A program made the position numbers and the translations under genes. Below the pieces are notes generated by a model, which did not search any database, had not been told where the DNA came from, and worked only from the letters and a program-made list of their open reading frames with translations. Source: an uncultured virus (IMG/VR IMGVR_UViG_3300029955_000846) (taxonomy: Duplodnaviria; Heunggongvirae; Uroviricota; Caudoviricetes). Taken from it: a stretch of DNA of 64,000 nucleotides. This document shows positions 17,279-26,163 of this stretch, piece by piece (the stretch's first letter is position 1; each line of letters starts with the position of its first letter). The stretch is from the IMG/VR virus record IMGVR_UViG_3300029955_000846, one strand, 5' to 3'.

Positions 17279-19255
17279 ATGGAAAACACTAACCGCAAAC
17301 CCGACGCGCCTTTCTACATTGGCGCCGCCGTTATCAGTGAAACCGGATCATTGGGCTATGTCGCCGCGATCTGCGCCGAACCTTCGAATATCTTTTCCCT
17401 TGGGTCGGGCGCTATGGTGCGAGAGACCAAACGAATCCGCGTGGTTTTTGAGGGCCACTATACCGATGCGGGCGAGTCCATGGTGCAGCGCTGGCGCAAC
17501 CGCGCCGCCGATATGCCCGATTGCCTGGATCTTCCGGCATGGGTGGAAGCTGCGAACGCGCAAACCGATGCGCGCCGGGAGCGCGCCAAGTTGGCCGAAA
17601 TCGAGCGCGCCGAACGCGCGGCCGCCTTTCGTGCCGAGGCGCGCGCCAAGGTTCCCGAATGGGCGCAAGCTGCTATCGTGGCCGAACAAGTCAAAGATCA
17701 ATCCGATTCCATGACTGACTATTTCGGCCATACCACGTTGCGCACCGTGATTATCGGGTTTTCACGCCACACGCGGGACTTATTTCCCGAATTGCGCAAG
17801 TGCGCCGCGACCTTCCCGGAAACCGCCCATTTGACCGATGCGCCCGAATCCGCCGAACATCGCGAAAAGTATTCAATGGGCCACGGTTATTACCTGAAAA
17901 GCGGCTGGCGGGACTCGGACGGTTGGAGCGTTCGCAAGGTGAAATTCTACGGCAAGGGTGCCGATGGTTGCCCCCAGGGCGAATTTCATCTGTGCGAGCC
18001 GTCCCCCGCGCCGCGCGTTGCTGCGATCAGCGCGGCCGAACCGTCGGGCGCCTTCGCAATCAAGAGGCACGCCCATACGAAAGGCGGGTTTGATATGTGG
18101 ATTGCGGTGCCGGCGGCGCGGGTTGAACGCGACCAATGGGAGGCGCAACGCGACGTGGCAAAGGCGCTTGGCGGTTGGTGGAGTCGCCCTTGGGGCAAGA
18201 CTCCCGGCGGTTTCGCGTTCAAATCGGAAGCCGCCGCACGGGATTTCGTCGGCGCTGATAGTGCGATCGCACCTGAAGCCGCCGCACCTGTCACGCGCGC
18301 CGCGCCCAATCCTGCCGGAAAGCTGCGCACGATGGCCGACAATCTGCAGTCGGATATCGATCGCGCTTTCGCTGATCGTTTGACAAACACCCCCAAGCGC
18401 CAGCGGGAAGCCGGCAACGCGCGAAACGAGGGGGCGCAACTCGAGCGCGCGCAAGCTGCGATGCGGGCACTTGCCGATTGCCATGATGCAGGCACGGTTC
18501 CGGCGGCCCTGGCCAAGGTGGCCACGAAAGCCGAAATACTGCGACTCTCGCGCGAGCGCATCGACTATGCCGGCGGCTATTACAACTCCGGCCGCTGCAC
18601 TGGCGCGCCCGCTTTGCCCGATGATCCGGGGGCCGTGGCGCTTTGGGGGTTGCTGAAAACCCCGCGCGACGGGGAACGGGAGCGCCAAGAGGATTTGCGC
18701 CGCAAGGTGGAGTCCCTGCAATTTGCCAAGATTCCCGGCTATTTCCCAACGCCCGCCCCGCTTGCCGCGCGGCTGATCCGGGAGGCTGATCTATTGCCCG
18801 GCGCCCGGATCCTTGAACCTAGCGCCGGGAGCGGGGCAATCGCGGATGCGGCGCGCGATGCGGGGCACGTTGTCGATTGCATCGAGCGGCACGCCAGCCT
18901 TTGCGAGGTTTTGCGGCTGAAGGGCCACGCGGTCACGCAATCAGATTTCATGGAAGCCGCGCCGCCGGCCGAACCGTTTGACGCGGTTTTGATGAATCCG
19001 CCGTTTGAACAGGGGCAAGATTGCGACCACGTCCGGCACGCATTTGGCTTTGTGAAGCCGGGCGGCGCGCTTGTCGCCATCATGGGGGCCGGTGTCACCT
19101 TCCGGCAGGATCGGCGATATGCGGATTTCCGCGCGTGGATCGATGCGCAAGGGGGCACGATTGAACCGCTCCCGGCTGGCGCGTTCAAGGAAAGCGGCAC
19201 GGGAGTCGCCACGGTTCTTTGCGTCATCCACCGCGCCACGCCGCATTCGGAATAA
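17279..19255 (+). CDS. Polyvalent-type protein with C-terminal N6-adenine DNA methyltransferase
   Basis: 'DSMTDYF', 'EHREKYSMG'; MTase 'YFPTP', 'ILEPSAGSG', 'NPPF', 'FKESGT'. Confidence 0.8.
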   Translation: MENTNRKPDAPFYIGAAVISETGSLGYVAAICAEPSNIFSLGSGAMVRETKRIRVVFEGHYTDAGESMVQRWRNRAADMPDCLDLPAWVEAANAQTDARRERAKLAEIERAERAAAFRAEARAKVPEWAQAAIVAEQVKDQSDSMTDYFGHTTLRTVIIGFSRHTRDLFPELRKCAATFPETAHLTDAPESAEHREKYSMGHGYYLKSGWRDSDGWSVRKVKFYGKGADGCPQGEFHLCEPSPAPRVAAISAAEPSGAFAIKRHAHTKGGFDMWIAVPAARVERDQWEAQRDVAKALGGWWSRPWGKTPGGFAFKSEAAARDFVGADSAIAPEAAAPVTRAAPNPAGKLRTMADNLQSDIDRAFADRLTNTPKRQREAGNARNEGAQLERAQAAMRALADCHDAGTVPAALAKVATKAEILRLSRERIDYAGGYYNSGRCTGAPALPDDPGAVALWGLLKTPRDGERERQEDLRRKVESLQFAKIPGYFPTPAPLAARLIREADLLPGARILEPSAGSGAIADAARDAGHVVDCIERHASLCEVLRLKGHAVTQSDFMEAAPPAEPFDAVLMNPPFEQGQDCDHVRHAFGFVKPGGALVAIMGAGVTFRQDRRYADFRAWIDAQGGTIEPLPAGAFKESGTGVATVLCVIHRATPHSE

Positions 19256-19260
19256 CTTCA

Positions 19261-19279
19261 AATCACGCAAAAGGTGAAT
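19261..19279. promoter_or_regulatory. Operator AATCAC-GCAAAAG-GTGAAT
   Basis: Consensus match overlapping the RBS of 19284. Confidence 0.6.
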
Positions 19280-19283
19280 TGCC

Positions 19284-19604
19284 ATGAATCCTTATCGTTA
19301 TTTCGCCATTACGTCCGGAACCGACGGCCCGTTCGCTTACTATTCGAAATGGGATATCATACGGGTGCAGACTCGTCGGGAACTCAAAGCCGCGCTAGAG
19401 ACCGAAATCAACCGGGTATCATGCGTGGGGAGCTTTGGGTTTGCCAAGCGGATGATAGCAGAACGCGCGGCGGCCATCTGGGGCGCCGCGCAAGGGCCAA
19501 CGGCGGCTAAGGGGTTGACGCTATCAGTGTCGGGCCGCGATATCGCCGTTTTTGTGAAAGTGGTGACGCAAGCGCATTGGCTTGAACAGGGGCTTGCCGC
19601 ATGA
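19284..19604 (+). CDS. Hypothetical protein
   Basis: ATGA-coupled to the next gene. Confidence 0.6.
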   Translation: MNPYRYFAITSGTDGPFAYYSKWDIIRVQTRRELKAALETEINRVSCVGSFGFAKRMIAERAAAIWGAAQGPTAAKGLTLSVSGRDIAVFVKVVTQAHWLEQGLAA

Positions 19605-20827
19605 ACGCCTACCCGATCGGCACGGACTCCAAGGGGCGCGCGGTAGCAATTGCCGCGCGCTTTGCCGCGCGTCATGGCGGGATTTTCGGGGCCACTGGCA
19701 CAGGCAAGAGTTATTCAATCGCCCGCCTGTCCGAACAATTCGCGGTCGCCGGGGTGCCAGTTTGCCTTATCGACGTGAAGGGGGACCTATCCGGGCTCGC
19801 CCGATCGATCCAATGCCGGTTTTACGCGCCCGACGGCGGCGCGGCTGGCGCGCGCTTTTCCATCCGTGCCGATGATATGGGCGCGGATGCAATGGCCCGC
19901 GCTCTAGGGTTATCGGATGCCCAAAGCGGCGCCCTCGATATCCTCTATGCGTTCGCCCGCGATCACGCGCGCCCACTAGCCACGCTTGCCGATATGCAGG
20001 CGGCCCTGGGGGAGCTGGAAAGCCGCCGAAAGGCCCTGGCGCCGCGATATGGGCACATAACGCCCGCAAGCCTAGGCGTGATCCGCCGGGCGCTGTTGCG
20101 GCTTGAAGAGGCCCCTTGCGAGTTGTTCGGGGGCCCGTCGTTTGGCCTGTCCGATATGCTGCAGCCCGGCGCGACGATTATCGACGCGCGCCGGCTTTAC
20201 GAGTCCCCCGCGCTCTATGGGGCGGCCGTTTTGCATTTGCTCGAGTCAGCCTGGCGCGGCTTGCCTGAAATCGGCGATGCCGGCGCGCCGCGCTTGGCAA
20301 TCGTGATCGATGAAGCGCACCTGGCGTTCGGGGAATTGCCCCCGGCGCTGCTAGGGCGCGTTGAACGTATCGTGCGCCTGATCAGGTCGCGCGGCGCGTC
20401 GCTATGGTTTGCCAGTCAGTCGCCGGCCGATATCCCGGCGCCAATCCTTGCGCAGCTAGGGCACAGGATCCAGCACGGACTCCGGGGCGCCACGGTGGCC
20501 GATATGCGGGCGATGCGCGCGGCGGCGGAAACCCTGCCGATAAATCCCGCGATCGATGCTGGCGCGATGATCGGCCGGCTAGGCGTGGGGCAAGCGTTGG
20601 TTTCGGTTATCGGCGCCGATGGCACGCCCTCGCCTGTGCAAGTGGTCAAGATTACCGCGCCCCGCGCCGCCCTGGCGCCGATTGACGGACCCGACCGGGC
20701 GCCGTTCATTCCACCGGGCGCGCCGCCGCAAGAGCGCAAGAGCGCGGGCAGTCCGTCCAATCTGGCCCCGCTATCGCTGATTGCGCTTATCGCCCTAGCC
20801 TGGATTCTGGCGCTGCACTTCGCCTAA
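19601..20827 (+). CDS. DUF853/YjgR-like HerA-FtsK ATPase with C-terminal TM helix
   Basis: 'RHG.I.GATGTGKS', 'DVKGDLSGL', 'IDEAHL', 'RLIRSRG', 'SQSP'; hydrophobic C-terminus. Confidence 0.8.
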   Translation: MNAYPIGTDSKGRAVAIAARFAARHGGIFGATGTGKSYSIARLSEQFAVAGVPVCLIDVKGDLSGLARSIQCRFYAPDGGAAGARFSIRADDMGADAMARALGLSDAQSGALDILYAFARDHARPLATLADMQAALGELESRRKALAPRYGHITPASLGVIRRALLRLEEAPCELFGGPSFGLSDMLQPGATIIDARRLYESPALYGAAVLHLLESAWRGLPEIGDAGAPRLAIVIDEAHLAFGELPPALLGRVERIVRLIRSRGASLWFASQSPADIPAPILAQLGHRIQHGLRGATVADMRAMRAAAETLPINPAIDAGAMIGRLGVGQALVSVIGADGTPSPVQVVKITAPRAALAPIDGPDRAPFIPPGAPPQERKSAGSPSNLAPLSLIALIALAWILALHFA

Positions 20828-20850
20828 CCCCCTCCCAATCTCATTCGCCT

Positions 20851-20883
20851 AAACGCCCGATGGCCCCCGCCGTCGGGCGTTTT
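20851..20883 (+). terminator. Intrinsic terminator ending the early block
   Basis: AAACGCCCGATGGC-cccc-GCCGTCGGGCGTTTT. Confidence 0.8.
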
Positions 20884-21169
20884 CGTATGCGCGGCCGCCG
20901 TCGGGCACCCATGCCACGGGACCGCTTGCGCCAATATCATTCGTATTCTAATCATATTGATATAAATCAATGCCCGTGACCGGCCGGCGGCAGGCTCGAT
21001 AAGCTGGAATCTCTGCAGCCGATTTGGGGACAGTTCCAGGTCGGCTGGAAAATCCTCCGTCGCATAGAGACTCTCGTGTCCAACCGGCGTCCGGGGTCCA
21101 AATGGGGGCCCACGAAAGTTCAAAAATGGAAAGGCCCCGGCGCGCTGTTTCCACAAGATCTGGTTGTTC

Positions 21170-21188
21170 AGTCACCTTTTTGTTGACT
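21170..21188. promoter_or_regulatory. Operator AGTCAC-CTTTTTG-TTGACT
   Basis: Consensus match upstream of 21198. Confidence 0.7.
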
Positions 21189-21197
21189 CTCAGGTGA

Positions 21198-21686
21198 ATG
21201 GGTGCGAGTCGGTCGCATGATTGCACATCCTGCGTTCAGGGGATCAGCGCCTTGCCATTGCCAGCCATCCCGTTCGGCGACACCTTCCTGGCGAACTGCA
21301 CCTATCAGGATTCATCGGGCCAAGCGGTCAGTCTGACGGCCGCAGGTTTGACGGTCAGCGCGAAGATCGTGGCGCCGGATGGCATCAACTCCTTCCCTGT
21401 GACGGTGGCCACCTCCGACCAGGATGCATCGCCCGGGCAGTTCACGATCACGAGTGAAACTTCCACTTGGGCAACCACGACAAACCCGCCGCAGGATGGC
21501 CTGTCGCCCGATTGGATTCTGCTTGCGACTTACGGCATCCCTGCACCGATCGCCCCATTTCCGTTCGACAGCGATTGCCGCGGGAACTCCAACCCTCCGA
21601 CGATAGGTGCCTGGCAACTGCGCATTTCCTACAAGGGCGCGCAGGGGACATTCAGCGCCGATCCGATCCTGTTCCGGTTGATCTGA
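21198..21686 (+). CDS. Hypothetical beta-rich (Ig/BppU-like) protein
   Basis: 'GDTF..NCTYQD..G..VSLT' pattern; fold inferred. Confidence 0.55.
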   Translation: MGASRSHDCTSCVQGISALPLPAIPFGDTFLANCTYQDSSGQAVSLTAAGLTVSAKIVAPDGINSFPVTVATSDQDASPGQFTITSETSTWATTTNPPQDGLSPDWILLATYGIPAPIAPFPFDSDCRGNSNPPTIGAWQLRISYKGAQGTFSADPILFRLI

Positions 21687-21847
21687 TGCCGTTCACCGTC
21701 GCCGTCACAACCGGCCGCTTCGTGACCCGGTCTATCCTGCAGCCCGTCAGCGCGATGGCCAACGTCAGCCTCAAAACGCCGATCTCCATCACGCGGGTCG
21801 AATTGCCGACCGCTGTTGTCACCGTGGGTCAACCCCAGCCGCGATGA
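21686..21847 (+). CDS. Small hypothetical protein (MPFTVAV...)
   Basis: TGATG overlap with upstream gene. Confidence 0.45.
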   Translation: MPFTVAVTTGRFVTRSILQPVSAMANVSLKTPISITRVELPTAVVTVGQPQPR

Positions 21848-21883
21848 TGCGCGGGGGTGGTCCATCAACCGAAAGGCCCACCA

Positions 21884-22930
21884 ATGCCCACGCCGCCGCT
21901 CACATTCGACGATTACCACGCCGCGATGGCGAAGCTCGCCGAATTTGACGGCAACCAAACCAGGGCGGCCGCAGCGCTGAACCTATCGCGCGCGGGTTTC
22001 CAGAACCGAATCAAACGCGGCGCGGCAATGTTTGACGGCCCGACGCCCGCAGTTGTGCCGGCCGAATTGCCGCAGCCCGATCTGCCGTTCGAGGAACGGC
22101 TCGAGATGAACATTCGCCGGAATGCTCAGCGGATCGCGCACGCTCAGGCGCAGTCCTGGCAGGAAGTCCGCATCCCGATCAGCGGGCCCTACGGGATCTG
22201 CTGGTTTGGCGATCCCCATATGGATGACCCGTTCTGCGATCTGGCGCTGCTGCGCGAGCACGGCGAGATCGTCGCCCGCACGCCGGGCCTTTACGGCGCC
22301 AATGGCGGCGACAGCATCAACAATTGGGTCGGCCGGCTCGAGAAGCTCCATGCTTTCCAGAACGTCACGCAGCCCGAGGCGTGGGAGCATGTCGACTGGC
22401 TGATGAACAAGCTGGGCATCCGCTGGCTGCTGTGGTTGCTCGGCAATCACGACGTCTGGAATTACGGCTATGACATTTTCACGCGCGCCAACCCGCAGAA
22501 GGTCCTGATGCGCGACTGGGATGCCAAGCTGCAACTGCGATCCCCATGTGGTGGAGTCTGCCGGGTTTGGGCCCGGCACGATTTCAAGGGCACCTCGATC
22601 TACAACGAACTCCACGGGCTCAAGCGGGCGGCCATGATGGACGAGCAATCAGATATCTACCTCGGATTCCATCAGCACACCTGGGCGACGGGGCAGGGGG
22701 AGTTGGCCGCCGGCCACGAATATACGCTGGTCCGCGCGCGGGGCTACAAGATGGTCGACGATTACGCGCTCAAGAAGCAGTTCGTGCAGCAGAAGCGCGG
22801 CCAGTCGATCGTCACGGTGATCGAGCCGCGCACAGATGGGGCGCCCGAAATCCACCTTTTCAAGAACGTGCAGCGTGGCGCGGATTTCCTGACCCATCTG
22901 CGTCACCAAATTGGCAATCAGAGTCACTAA
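21884..22930 (+). CDS. Fis-like HTH fused to calcineurin-like metallophosphoesterase
   Basis: 'GNQTRAAAALNLSR'; 'GDPH', 'GGD', 'GNHD', 'FHQH'. Confidence 0.8.
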   Translation: MPTPPLTFDDYHAAMAKLAEFDGNQTRAAAALNLSRAGFQNRIKRGAAMFDGPTPAVVPAELPQPDLPFEERLEMNIRRNAQRIAHAQAQSWQEVRIPISGPYGICWFGDPHMDDPFCDLALLREHGEIVARTPGLYGANGGDSINNWVGRLEKLHAFQNVTQPEAWEHVDWLMNKLGIRWLLWLLGNHDVWNYGYDIFTRANPQKVLMRDWDAKLQLRSPCGGVCRVWARHDFKGTSIYNELHGLKRAAMMDEQSDIYLGFHQHTWATGQGELAAGHEYTLVRARGYKMVDDYALKKQFVQQKRGQSIVTVIEPRTDGAPEIHLFKNVQRGADFLTHLRHQIGNQSH

Positions 22931-22940
22931 AAAGTTGACT
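22922..22940. promoter_or_regulatory. Operator AGTCAC-TAAAAAG-TTGACT
   Basis: Consensus match over a stop codon. Confidence 0.7.
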
Positions 22941-23159
22941 GCAAACGACTCCCGAGACATACCGATCGCAGGTTGATTCGAAGGAGATCCGGATGAAAAG
23001 TCGGATTTGGGTTGGGCCGCTGGGGCTGCTGCTGACAAGTTCGCCGGCGCTTGGTGTGTCCCGGGTGGTCGAACCCGTCGAGGTGCATGCCGAGATCTCG
23101 CCGGCCGAAGAGGGCCAGCCGCCGGTTATCCTCTCCCTGAGCCTGCTGGGCCGCTCCAA

Positions 23160-23471
23160 ATGAGGTGGATCGAACACACGCCCGGTCCGTGTCCTGTGCT
23201 ACCTGATGAGTTGGTCGATTTAGAACTCATCGGCGGTGAGATCATTCTCGCCAGCGCATGTTCGTTTATCTCCGCCCAGTCATGGTTTTGGGGGGACGCA
23301 GGGAATCTCACGATCCGCCGCTATCGCGTGCGCCGCGAACCCGATGCCTGGAAGAATGTCTATCCGGATATCATAGGGTATCCCTTTCGTACGCGAGCAA
23401 TTGCCGAAGGGATGGCGCTTCCCCACCGCATCGGGGTGCTGCGCATCTACCTGAAGGACCCGCTCGCATGA
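23160..23471 (+). CDS. Hypothetical protein (MRWIEHTPGPCPV...)
   Basis: ATGA-coupled; 'W..H...CPV...IRRYR' phage motif. Confidence 0.6.
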   Translation: MRWIEHTPGPCPVLPDELVDLELIGGEIILASACSFISAQSWFWGDAGNLTIRRYRVRREPDAWKNVYPDIIGYPFRTRAIAEGMALPHRIGVLRIYLKDPLA

Positions 23472-23860
23472 GCCTCGTCATCATCGAAAGCCCCTATGCT
23501 GGCGATATCAAGGCCAACATTGCCTATGCGCGCCGCGCGGTGCGGGACAGCCTCGAACGCGGGGAATTTCCGATCGCCTCGCATCTGCTCTACACGCAGC
23601 CGGGCATCCTGAACGACGACATCCCATCCGAACGCGAGTGGGGAATCCGGGCCGGCCTCGCCTGGCGCCGTGTTGCCGACCGGGCGGTGTTCTATCTCGA
23701 TCGCGGTTGGTCCAACGGGATGCGGGCGGCGCGGGACGTCTATTTGGCCGAGCAGCGCCCGGTCGAGATGCGCTACCTTGGGGCTGCTGACCCGTGCGAC
23801 CGGTTCGCCGCAGATATCGGTTTCACCCACGACCAGATCGCACGACTGCTCGGCGAATAG
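23468..23860 (+). CDS. DUF7768/DUF4406-like (nucleoside deoxyribosyltransferase-like) protein
   Basis: '[10 protein letters not shown]...ASHLLYTQ...D.G.S.GM'. Confidence 0.7.
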   Translation: MSLVIIESPYAGDIKANIAYARRAVRDSLERGEFPIASHLLYTQPGILNDDIPSEREWGIRAGLAWRRVADRAVFYLDRGWSNGMRAARDVYLAEQRPVEMRYLGAADPCDRFAADIGFTHDQIARLLGE

Positions 23861-23901
23861 TTGGGCGGTCTAGTCACTCTTTTGTTGGAAGGAATCTAAT
23901 T

Positions 23902-24603
23902 ATGAGCAGTTTCACGCGCACGATCGCCCGCACCGTTCGGATGGTCTTCGATGAGGACACCCGCGTCGACGTTCCGCGCAGCGCCCGAAAGCACCGTGAC
24001 GGATCGTCAGTCCATTTCGGCGGTCGCGGTTCGACGCTGGGCATCACCAATCTCAAGGACGCATGCGTCCACCCGAAGTTCAAAAAGCAACCCAAGCCCT
24101 GGCGCGCAGCGTCCAAGGTCGAGGCGAAGCCCACCGCGCGGCCGAACGTCACCCAAGCGCTGGCCGCACCGGTCAACAAGACGTTGCATGGCCGCAAGAT
24201 GACGGCGAAGCAGTGGATGCGCGATCGGACCTATGCCGCCCTGAACCATGCCGATCGGATGCTCGGCGTCCCGGCGTCCATCAACCGCCGTACCCGCCGG
24301 CTGCATGAGCACCTGGCCGAGCGCGGGCGTCGCCATTGGACTCCCCCGGCTACCAAACCATCCAAGCCTCTCGAGGGCAAGACGGTCGTGTTCTCGGGCA
24401 AGCTGGAAACGCTGAGCCGTGACGAAGCCAAGGCGCAGGCGGAAGCCCTGGGCGCGCGGGTGACCGGCTCGGTCAGCAAGGTGACGGATCTGCTCGTTGT
24501 CGGACCTGGGGCGGGTTCCAAAACGAATCTGGCCGTCGAACTTGGTATCAAGGCGATCGACGAAGCCGCATGGACGACACTCGTTGGGCATCACAGGTCC
24601 TGA
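23902..24603 (+). CDS. Basic protein with C-terminal LigA-type BRCT domain
   Basis: '[41 protein letters not shown]...A.ELG'. Confidence 0.75.
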   Translation: MSSFTRTIARTVRMVFDEDTRVDVPRSARKHRDGSSVHFGGRGSTLGITNLKDACVHPKFKKQPKPWRAASKVEAKPTARPNVTQALAAPVNKTLHGRKMTAKQWMRDRTYAALNHADRMLGVPASINRRTRRLHEHLAERGRRHWTPPATKPSKPLEGKTVVFSGKLETLSRDEAKAQAEALGARVTGSVSKVTDLLVVGPGAGSKTNLAVELGIKAIDEAAWTTLVGHHRS

Positions 24604-24807
24604 CCGATGGAGCCGTCGCCCATGCGCCGGGTAATCCGCAGGGGTGAGCACATCATTGGACCGGATCACCAGTGCGTGAAGTGCCGGGCGACCGAGTTGG
24701 TGATCGAATTCCGGATGGGCGCGCGCTGCCCGAACGCGACGGTCAACCACTTGCGTATCGTAAAGTGACGTATTTTAGCAATTATATTACGTATTGCTGA
24801 AATTTCC

Positions 24808-24826
24808 AATCACTCTTTTCGTGAGT
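24808..24826. promoter_or_regulatory. Operator AATCAC-TCTTTTC-GTGAGT
   Basis: Consensus match just before ATG 24835. Confidence 0.65.
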
Positions 24827-24834
24827 TTGAACCA

Positions 24835-25077
24835 ATGGCAACGAACTATGCGACGCCAAGCCCGGTCACTCGGATTCAGTATTTCGGTGATTTTGAGGTT
24901 GTCTATCATCAGGACGGCTCGATCACGCTGCATCGGGTTAGCCTGAAGAAGGCGCTTCACTTCGCCCACGGGGCCGATTCCGCCAGGTTCCTCGACAACT
25001 GGGATGCGCTCGCCGACGCGGCGCCAGGGCGGCCGGTGCAGCAGATCATGGCAGCGATCTGGGAGGATGAAGCGTGA
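24835..25077 (+). CDS. Hypothetical protein
   Basis: Follows an operator; coupled to next gene. Confidence 0.6.
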   Translation: MATNYATPSPVTRIQYFGDFEVVYHQDGSITLHRVSLKKALHFAHGADSARFLDNWDALADAAPGRPVQQIMAAIWEDEA

Positions 25078-25679
25078 CGGCGTCTATCGAAGCCCCGACC
25101 GACGAACATATCAATCAGGCTATCTACGCTGCGGGTGTGCAGTGGTCTGCAGCGCCCGTCCGCGAGGTGATAGCGCATGGCGGGGCATCTGACACCGACG
25201 CGCTGCGGAAGGCACTGGTTACGGGGACACCGCTGCCTTGGTTCGCGCTGGATTTTGAGCCTGAATATCCCCTCGACCGAGTTTGCATCATCGGCTTGCG
25301 ACTTGATGCTGACGGGTCGCCCATGCACACGCCCACTAACGGTCTGGTGGCGTGCGCTACCCTATTGCCAACGGAAGTTGACGCGCTTGACGCGGAACGC
25401 GCCGAAGCCAATGCCGCACTGATCGTCGCCGCTGTCAACGCCGCCCCCACCCTTCTGGACGAGGTGGACAGGCTGCGGGCCAACCTTGCCGAGCGGGATA
25501 CGGAGATCACCACCCTCCGCGCTAAGGCCGATGCGCTGGCGGGGGCTTTGGAGAGGCTGCATCGAAACTTCTACCTGCTGCTACAGGGTCATCCTGTCCG
25601 CGATGTCGCCGAAACAGACGCGGAAGTCACGTCCGCCCTCACCGCCCACCGCGAGACGGGGGAGGCGGGCCGTGGGTGA
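25074..25679 (+). CDS. Ead/Ea22-like protein
   Basis: 'TPLPW...ANAALIVAAVNAAPTLLDEV'. Confidence 0.6.
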   Translation: MTASIEAPTDEHINQAIYAAGVQWSAAPVREVIAHGGASDTDALRKALVTGTPLPWFALDFEPEYPLDRVCIIGLRLDADGSPMHTPTNGLVACATLLPTEVDALDAERAEANAALIVAAVNAAPTLLDEVDRLRANLAERDTEITTLRAKADALAGALERLHRNFYLLLQGHPVRDVAETDAEVTSALTAHRETGEAGRG

Positions 25680-26163
25680 GGTGATCGACTGGCGCTGCTT
25701 CCATTGCGGTGAACTTTTCACGGATCGGCAAGAGGCTGGTCTGCATTTCGGCATTGACGAAGGCAAGACGCCAGCATGCCTGATCAAAGGCGCAGAAGGT
25801 GGTTTGATCAAGGCGTTGCGCGATGCCGAGCGGCAGGCAGACGATGCGATGTGGTCAGTTCATCAGGAGTCCACTGATGCAGCGAAGGCATTTCATCAAC
25901 AGCGCTGCCGGCATGACCAAGCACTGATTGCTGCCGAGCAGGTTGGGTATGATCGCGGTTTGGCTGATGGTCGCGCGGAGATCACCACCCTCCGCGCCAA
26001 GGCCGATGCGCTGGCGGGGGTTTTGGCAAAAATCGAGCGGCTAGCGACACCAGAACCATTTGATGAATCTGGTGATTGGTGGCGTAACTTACACCACATT
26101 AGCAGCACTGCCAGCGCCGCCCTCACCGCCCACCGCGAGACGGGGGAGGCGGGCCGTGGGTGA
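25501..26163 (+). repeat. Paired direct repeats: A (25501-25551 / 25976-26026, 49/51) and B (25633-25679 / 26117-26163, 47/47)
   Basis: Directly visible; repeat B holds GGAGG, GTG start and TGA stop. Confidence 0.9.
25672..26163 (+). CDS. Hypothetical zinc-finger protein (WRCFHC...HFG)
   Basis: GTG start inside repeat B. Confidence 0.7.
   Translation: MGEVIDWRCFHCGELFTDRQEAGLHFGIDEGKTPACLIKGAEGGLIKALRDAERQADDAMWSVHQESTDAAKAFHQQRCRHDQALIAAEQVGYDRGLADGRAEITTLRAKADALAGVLAKIERLATPEPFDESGDWWRNLHHISSTASAALTAHRETGEAGRG

Noticed and set aside
20930..21120. Alternative cos site (AT-rich patch, GGCGGCAGGC, GGGTCCA)
   Set aside because: Lacks the exact cosQ-23 nt-cosN layout and repeats found at 13.75 kb; function left unassigned
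25501..26163. Repeat pair as a diversity-generating retroelement TR/VR
   Set aside because: Mismatches are C/T, not adenine-specific; no reverse transcriptase in the window
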